From assembly GCF_009914755.1 (NCBI RefSeq), contig NC_060940.1: a DNA stretch of 64,000 nucleotides; one strand, given 5' to 3'. Shown here piece after piece: positions 58,092 to 64,000 of the stretch (positions are counted from its first letter, which is position 1; each line of letters begins with the position of its first letter). The translations under genes were made by a program, and so were the position numbers. This stretch comes from the human T2T-CHM13v2.0 reference genome, Homo sapiens. The notes beneath the pieces were generated by a model that ran no database searches, was not told the origin of the DNA, and worked only from the letters and a program-made list of their open reading frames with translations.

Positions 58092-58363
58092 TCAAGCACA
58101 TTTGCATTCATAGTGGGTTTAAAGTACTTTCCTTGTCTTGAACGTAGGCATCTAATAAAGTTTAACAGGATAGTCAAGAAAGTAGAAGAAATAAAAATTT
58201 CCCATAATTCTACTGGTTGTAGCAGCTTTTAAATTGTTGACGTGTATGTCTTTCCAGTTTTTCCTTATTTTTATTTAAAAGAAAGACTTCTAGGATCATC
58301 TGACTTGGCGTGTACCAACTATGGCTTGCGCTTACTCTACCTGTCTGAATGCAAAAATTGTGA

Positions 58364-58771
<408 letters not shown>

Positions 58772-59205
58772 TAGAAAGGAACACATACAAAAAGCAGCAA
58801 AGTACAAAGAAGAAAATAAATGTCACTTGCTGTCCCACTACCTGTGGAGTCATTACTGGAGTTACTGCACGCCTCTCTTCTGCTGTTATGACGAAACTAG
58901 CTCTGTGACCCCAGAGAAGTCCCATAACCTTCCTGGACTTGTTTTCTTCTCAGCAAACTAAAAGGTTAGAGTAATGAGTACGAGGGTCTCTCTCTGTTCT
59001 TCCAGGCCTTGTGTGATGACCGGTTTCCAGTGAGAGTAGAGCCTTTGACTGAGGTCCTGAGAACCTTTGACTAACCACAGGCACTTGTAGGCATGGAGTT
59101 TTAAAAGTTGCATTAAGTGAGAATTCATCTGCAAAGGCTTAGGTGGAGATGGTTGATGCGCTCCCTGCCTGTGAGGAGTCATGAGGCCGAAGGCATAGCC
59201 GTGTG

Positions 59206-61146
59206 CTGTACTCAAGGGACACCCGCACCTCAGCCCCTGAGTAGCTGGGACTATCCAGGTTAATAGCTTAAAGTTTTTAACAGTAATACCAGTGTGTGAC
59301 CAGTGTGTCACAGGTGCTGATAATCAAAACAGTCTCAGCCTTAACACGCTAAGTGATAGAACCCCAACCCTCCCAGGCACAGCTGAGACCAGCTGCCCCC
59401 ATCACACAGCAAGCGTCAGGTGATCGTCACGGCTTCCCGCAGGATAAGCAACTCGGCCCCAGCTCAGGGCGGCCACAGTGTGGTCCCAACGTCCTTCCTT
59501 TTGTCTAAAATTGACTACAAAAACAATGTCAAAGATAACCTCAAAATCAAAGACCAAAATCGGTCGACAGTGGTCCTTGGCTTTGGATGATTTCCCACCA
59601 GGTAGATCGGATTTGACTGCTTTTGCCTAGGACCTGTGAGAGGTTCCTGTTAGAACTGCAGGACGATTCAGCATCTTTAAGTTTCAGAGTTTTGAGAGGA
59701 ATCATCTAGTGTGTACAGGCTTAAAGGCATGGACAGTCTTTTTTGTTTTCCTGTTAAGATCTTCGGAATGTCAATGTATGTAACACGTCTGAGGGGAGTT
59801 GCTTTGGTGGAGGTGGAGGCAGGGACCAGAGAGGCCTGTGCACTTGGCTTTCCTCTAGCACCTGGAGAATCTGAATGCCAGCCAGGAGTGCTTCACCCAC
59901 ATCGGTGGGCAGCCTTGTGTGTAAGGTGCTGGGAGGGTGGTCTGCTGTGGGGTGGGTGCTGTGACCTTGTTGGTGTCACAGTATAAACAGGTGTGAGTTG
60001 AGGCCCTTCCAGGAACGGCTTCCCGAACTAGGCGGCATTTGAGTGGGGCTGGACAGAAGGTTGTTAGATTTCCCTGGTGGAGGTGGCTGGAGGGTTGGCA
60101 GTATGGGAAGGGCTGGGGCACAGCACCAGCAGAGCGGGGCAGGTGTCATCTGGCCACAGTGAGGTCATCCTGCTTGGCTGTGGTGTTGGTGCCCTTGAAA
60201 GCAGATGGTGTGCCAAGGTGTGCATGTGCTGAAGGGCATTCCCAGCGGCCAGCATTCAGATTTCTGATTTTTTTCTATCAGAAGTGTTACAATACGCATG
60301 CTCATATGTATGCACGTATATAATATCTATTCTTATATACTGGCATTCATTTTTGTAAATAGTCACACACTGGTATTACTGTTAAAAACTTAAACCTATT
60401 AACCTGGATAGTCCCAGCTACTTGGGCTGAGGTGGGGGGTCCCTTGAGTACAGGAGTTTGAGTCCAGCCTGGGTGACATAGCAAGACCTCATCTCTTAAA
60501 AAACAAAAACAAAAACCAAACAAAACGATTAATATTAACCCAGAGTCCATATTTGTTGCTCAGTGAAGAGGAAGGCTGCAGACAAACCTGTTGATGAGGC
60601 AGATGGTCTCGCACCTCCCACATGTATGCCGTTTGTTTATCTCAATGTGTGAGCATGTAGAGTAGAGCACGGTAGGAGTGCACTAGACAGTTCACACTGT
60701 CATTTCAGGCAAGGAAATGAGAAGAAAAAACACTCATGACACAATGTACAATCTTTAACAAGAACTGTTGACCTTGAACTTCTATCTATAACTGCAAATG
60801 TGTAAATTTTTAAAAATTGACTAGGTCTAAGGAAAAGGACTAGAAGGGTCACAGACAGATAGAAATGTGATTTGCAGAGATGAGGCAATTGTGGCCGATT
60901 TTGGTCTTTGATTTTGAGGTTATCTTTGACGTTGTTTTTGTAATCAGTTTTAGAGAAAAGGAAGGAGGTTGGGACCACACTGTGGCTGCCCTGAGCTGGG
61001 GCCGAGTTGCTTATCCTGCGGGAAGCCGTGACGATCACCTGACGCTTGCTGTGTGATGGGGGCAGCTGGTCTCAGCTGTGCCTGGGAGGGTCGGGGTTCT
61101 GTCACTTAGTGTGTTAAGATTGACACTGTTTTGATTATCAGCACCT
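59206..61146. repeat. Composite long inverted repeat: 59312-59563 pairs with 60895-61146, and 59206-59300 pairs with 60362-60453
   Basis: Manual reverse-complement alignment: 12 mismatches in 252 nt for the long arm; 2 mismatches in the 61-nt core of the short arm. Confidence 0.93.
60405..60525 (+). mobile_element. Alu monomer (FLAM-like)
   Basis: TAGTCCCAGCTACTTGGGCTGAGG...CCAGCCTGGGTGACATAGCAAGACC...A-rich tail. Confidence 0.8.
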
Positions 61147-61601
61147 ATGGCAATGTGATATTCAGTGTATTTTTTCCCCTTTTAGTTCTGGACCTGCAGA
61201 TAGGGTGGCTTTGATTTTGGAATGAGGTGACCAACAGATAAAACTTTATTTTAAAGTTGGGAAGAAATCATTATTATTGATTGGGTTTTATCGTGGGTTT
61301 TCTCAAACCAAACAGGGCAGCCCCGCAGAGCATGGAGTCAGAAGTCAGAAGCTTGCAGGTTTGGAGTTAGGACTGACTCAGTGGCACATTAATTGCCCAG
61401 TGTCTGGGCTTTTCTTGGGATTAAGGAGTTATCCTGTTTTTCTGCCTGACTGAGAATAAGTTTAAAAAGGTGAAATATGAGATAGGTTCTGCTGTTTCTC
61501 CTTCAACCTTAAGATGTCAGCACTGTTTACTATCTTAATGTTAAAATAATTCTGTAAAACTTTTCATGTTAAACATTTTTTTTCTCTGTCACTGATTTCA
61601 G

Positions 61602-61693
61602 TTGTTTTGGAGAATCATGTAGTGACAGATGAAGACGAACCTGCTTTGAAACGCCAGCGACTAGAAATCAATTGCCAGGATCCATCTATAAAG
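61602..61693 (+). CDS. BANP: BANP second coding exon, 92 nt
   Basis: Acceptor TTTCAG|TT. Encodes (V)VLENHVVTDEDEPALKRQRLEINCQDPSIK, including an NLS-like KRQR. Donor AAG|GTAAAA; in frame with the previous exon. Confidence 0.95.
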
Positions 61694-61719
61694 GTAAAAA
61701 TCTGACTCTGTTCTGTGGT

Positions 61720-62200
61720 GTGTAGTGCGTTGCAGATTTCAAGGGCTGCTATAACAAATCACCATCAATGGGATGGCTTCAAAATGTAGCCTCTCAGCTG
61801 TGGAGGCCAGAGATCCAAAATCAAGATGCAGGCAGGGTCTCGCTCCCTCCAAAGGTTCTAGAAGGTGGATCCTTCCTGCCTCTTCCAGCTTCTAGTGGCT
61901 CCGGCCCTGCCTCAGCTTGTGGGGCTCCTTCCAGCTCTGCCTTCCTCTTCATGTTGCGGCCGCCTCTGTGTGTCTGTGACTGTTTCCCCTTCTCTCCTCT
62001 AGTAAGGACTTGTCATTGGATTTAAGGCCCACCCTAATCCAGGTTGATCTCATTGACTAAATTACATCTACACAGACCCAAAGAGTTTCTAAATTACATC
62101 TGCACAGTTTCCAAAGAGACCACATGGGTAGGTTCTGGCGGTTAGGATGTGGGTATATCACTTTAGGATGTGGCTATATCACCAGGCAGCCCGCTACAGA
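61720..62200 (-). mobile_element. MLT1-family MaLR LTR
   Basis: AGGGCTGCTATAACAAATCACCA...GGAGGCCAGAGATCCAAAATCAAGATG...CATTGGATTTAAGGCCCACCCTAATCCAG. Confidence 0.75.
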
Positions 62201-64000
62201 AGAGTGTGAGCCATTTTTTCTCTTGAAGAGCACAAAGAGTAAGAATTGTTTACCTTGAGATGCTGCTGAAGGAGGCATCTTCCCACACACCTGCAGGCCC
62301 ATTTTGGATGGAAGGAAAGTGAAGTTTCTACCAGTGATGAATGACTTCTGTGTCTGCCATTTAAGTCACTTAGATTCTAAAGTTTACTAGATGGGGTTCT
62401 TGGGAACTGCTCATTCAGTGAATTATTTTTGGATCTTTGAATTTGCTTGGTTGGTTCCAGTGTTTGCAGAGTCACCGAGGTAAATATCGGCACATGTGAG
62501 AAGGTTATGAGAGCAACACAAAACCAAAGTCACTTTTCATATAATTCTTCTACTTACACAGGGTGTCTATTTGGTAATATTTAATTTGTTTTGTTAACAA
62601 GGAGAAGCAGTGTAAATGTGTACGAAAAACTTACAAATAAATTGACTGTAAAATGCCTGTTTCCAACCAATGGATGGGATGTGGCTCTGTTAGTAAACAC
62701 TGCGTTATCATTCCCTAAATAAAACGCAGCTCTGATTTTATCACAGAACACACATCTGTTGCACATAGAACAGAAATGTATAAAGTGGGCATGGGAGTGG
62801 CCCTGCCTTCCTCCTTGTCCCACTGTTGAGAAGAGGGTGGGCCCCCGGTTGAATGTGACTTGCGTAGAGTCGTGTGCGTGGCTCTGGGTTGTTTTATTGG
62901 TATATAAGAGTGATTTTTCCCAAAACCCCAGGCAGAATCATTTGTAATTCAGAATTAAAATAACATGGGTGTACTGTGTAAAGAATTTGAGAGCCAAACA
63001 TTTGATGTTCTCCGGTTGTTGAAAATAGCGGGGTTATCAGTGGCCATTCAGGGATTCAGCCACCTATTGTTGCTTTTCACGACGATGCATGTTTGTCATG
63101 CCAGGGACCGTGCCTCCTTTGTAGGTAAGCTGATTGAGTGTCATCACGTGGGCTTGAGTCCACCTGACGCCGTGGCTCCTTCCCTCTCTCACACGCGCCT
63201 TCAACAGAGAGTAGTCAGTCAGGGAGGGTGAGTTTCAGTTGGTTTCTTTAGCTCCTGTCTATATCAGCGCCCAGTGGTGAATCTTGCCAGGAGAGGTGGT
63301 GACCTGAGAAAAGGCGAGTTGTTGGGCAATATGTGGATTTTCCCTCCTGCAGCGCTGTCCCTGCCACTATGTACACCAGGTTTCCATGCCAGCTACATGA
63401 TGTATGATATCACTGCAGTTTTGATATTCTGCAGATTCCCTTGAGATCAGAAAGGAGAGTGGGCATAAGCAGTGTTGTAGGTCAGCTGCAGTTATTGGGA
63501 AAGCCGTTCCGGCTCCAGTGTGGGCCGGCCTCCCGCTCCCCTGTCAATGTGGGCCGGCCTCCCGCTCCCCTGTGCTGCGAGCTCCACGGCCAGCTCTCAG
63601 TGGCTGCCTCAGTGCCGCCCCTGCTGTCCCGAGCCTACCTCCCCCTTCCTTCTAATGTGCGCACTTTGGACCCCACGCTCTTTAGGTCATGGGCAGGAAA
63701 GGAGAGAGAAAAGACGAAACACAAATTCTGTGCTGTTTTCAGCTGTTGATTCTTAAGGCAGGTGCCAGCCTTCCTGAGTACTAAGCAGGGCTGGTGGGCG
63801 CTCCCCCAACCTGTCCCTCCCTAGACCCGAAGGAATGTCCTTCTGTCTGCTGGTGAGACCTGGTGGAGGGTGTCTCTTTTGCACAGTGCAATTCCTGTGT
63901 GATTAACACGTTTCCACGTGTGCTCATGGTGGCTCCTGGCTGGGACGGCAGCTGGGGAAATGAAGTTCTTCCCTTTCTGGTTTGTGTGTTTCTCTGTTTC

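Noticed and set aside
59312-61146. Terminal inverted repeats of a DNA transposon, or a pre-miRNA
   Set aside because: No TSD or transposase remnant is seen. The second, crossed arm is incompatible with TIR architecture, and a 1.3-kb loop is not pre-miRNA-like.

Overview
Human (primate) genomic DNA with two divergently oriented genes about 15 kb apart; the gene order matches the CA5A-BANP locus (16q24 from recall). Minus strand: coding exons 1 (17032-16891) and 2 (7562-7365) of CA5A, mitochondrial carbonic anhydrase VA. The rest of CA5A lies left of the window. Plus strand: the BANP/SMAR1 CpG-island promoter, a non-coding exon 1 (ends 32114), and the first two coding exons (55648-55785, ATG at 55716; 61602-61693). 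The remainder is very Alu-dense intronic and intergenic DNA with ERV/MaLR LTRs, a Charlie1 DNA transposon, L1/L2/MIR relics, microsatellites and a 46-bp VNTR. Nearly all ORFs in the supplied track are spurious. The most notable observations are: (1) a composite, crossed (pseudoknot-order) inverted repeat of mostly non-Alu sequence in BANP intron 2, plus other short locally templated copies; (2) a BANP-type CGCG motif at BANP's own start site, suggesting autoregulation, downstream of four ZNF143/THAP11 motifs; (3) a candidate 5'UTR cassette exon that creates a chain of TGATG stop-start-coupled uORFs ending on the BANP start codons; (4) a candidate in-frame alternative terminal exon with a poly(A) signal in CA5A intron 2. 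Repeat subfamily names and boundaries were assigned by eye and are approximate. No prokaryotic-type system (CRISPR etc.) is present.
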